From Octopus sinensis (Eukaryota), in the NCBI RefSeq assembly GCF_006345805.1, contig NC_043000.1, forward strand, positions 15,066,001 through 15,130,000: a stretch of DNA of 64,000 nt. The letters run 5' to 3'. Positions 63,451 through 64,000 of this stretch are shown here, one piece after another. Positions within the stretch are counted from its first letter, which is position 1; every line of letters starts with the position of its first letter. The position numbers and the translations under genes are program-made. The notes beneath the pieces were generated by a model, which was not told the DNA's origin, did not search any database, and saw nothing but the letters and a program-made list of their open reading frames with translations.

Positions 63451-64000
63451 AGCCACGATGCAGAGTATGATCAAGGCTTACTAAAAAATAAAAATCTAAC
63501 TTCATCCACATCTCCACACAAGCTGCAATGGTTTTGTGAGCACGTGGTTTGCACAATTTTTCACAGGTAGGAAGGAGGCAAGACATTTGATCGCAGTATC
63601 TCAACAATAATGCAAAGTTGAAAACATGTAGCACCTAATGTGTATGAATGAAAAGCATCGGCAAATAAACGACACAAGTGAAGATGGATTGTGACTGATG
63701 GAGCTCAAAGATTCATCACAGCACAAGTTGAAACCTTAATAATAATCTTGAGCAGAGAAAGCTTTACAAAGTGATCAACATGATGCTGCTTCTCTCACAA
63801 CTCAACTCAAGCTCAATGTGTTATTTAACTTGTGAATCTTGTATTGACCTGCATAGTTATATGTAGGTCTAGAAAAGTTGAATTTGGTGGGCAGTCATTC
63901 TCAATATGTAGGATTATCATCACCAACAACTTACTGGTATAACATGAGGGAGTGGTGTTTAACAAAATTGGTGGTACTAGTATTCGTGTGATTTAATTTC

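Overview
AT-rich, repeat-dense eukaryotic genomic DNA. The SINE, RTE and MITE families look like those of Octopus or another coleoid cephalopod; that species call is inferred, not verified. Two intron-rich genes lie on the + strand. (1) A class II ADP-ribosylation factor (ARF4/ARF5-like): coding exons 2-6 are at 10378-10458, 17147-17256, 19273-19344, 21028-21150 and 23434-23523. I could not find exon 1, which is probably upstream of the window. The C-terminal half is unusually divergent. (2) The 5' end of an unidentified gene: a CpG-rich promoter near 40.55-40.62 kb, a non-coding first exon ending at 40842, and small coding exons at 56873-56923 and 61043-61069 (MSSRNAKRGRKDPPNSE|IVAKEMKPE...). 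The rest is transposable elements: at least three tRNA-derived SINE families, RTE LINE 3' ends, piggyBac MITEs and a nested piggyBac, Helitrons, a Merlin-like TIR element, mariner and DD41D remnants, R4-like and CR1/jockey-like remnants, an LTR-like insert, and several fold-back elements. I found no rRNA, true tRNA or CRISPR array, and no clearly new multi-gene system. The best leads are the divergent ARF, the unidentified microexon gene with a possibly bidirectional promoter, and several long hairpin-forming elements inside introns. Element boundaries without a TSD or TIR are approximate, and family assignments are from remembered motifs, not database searches.
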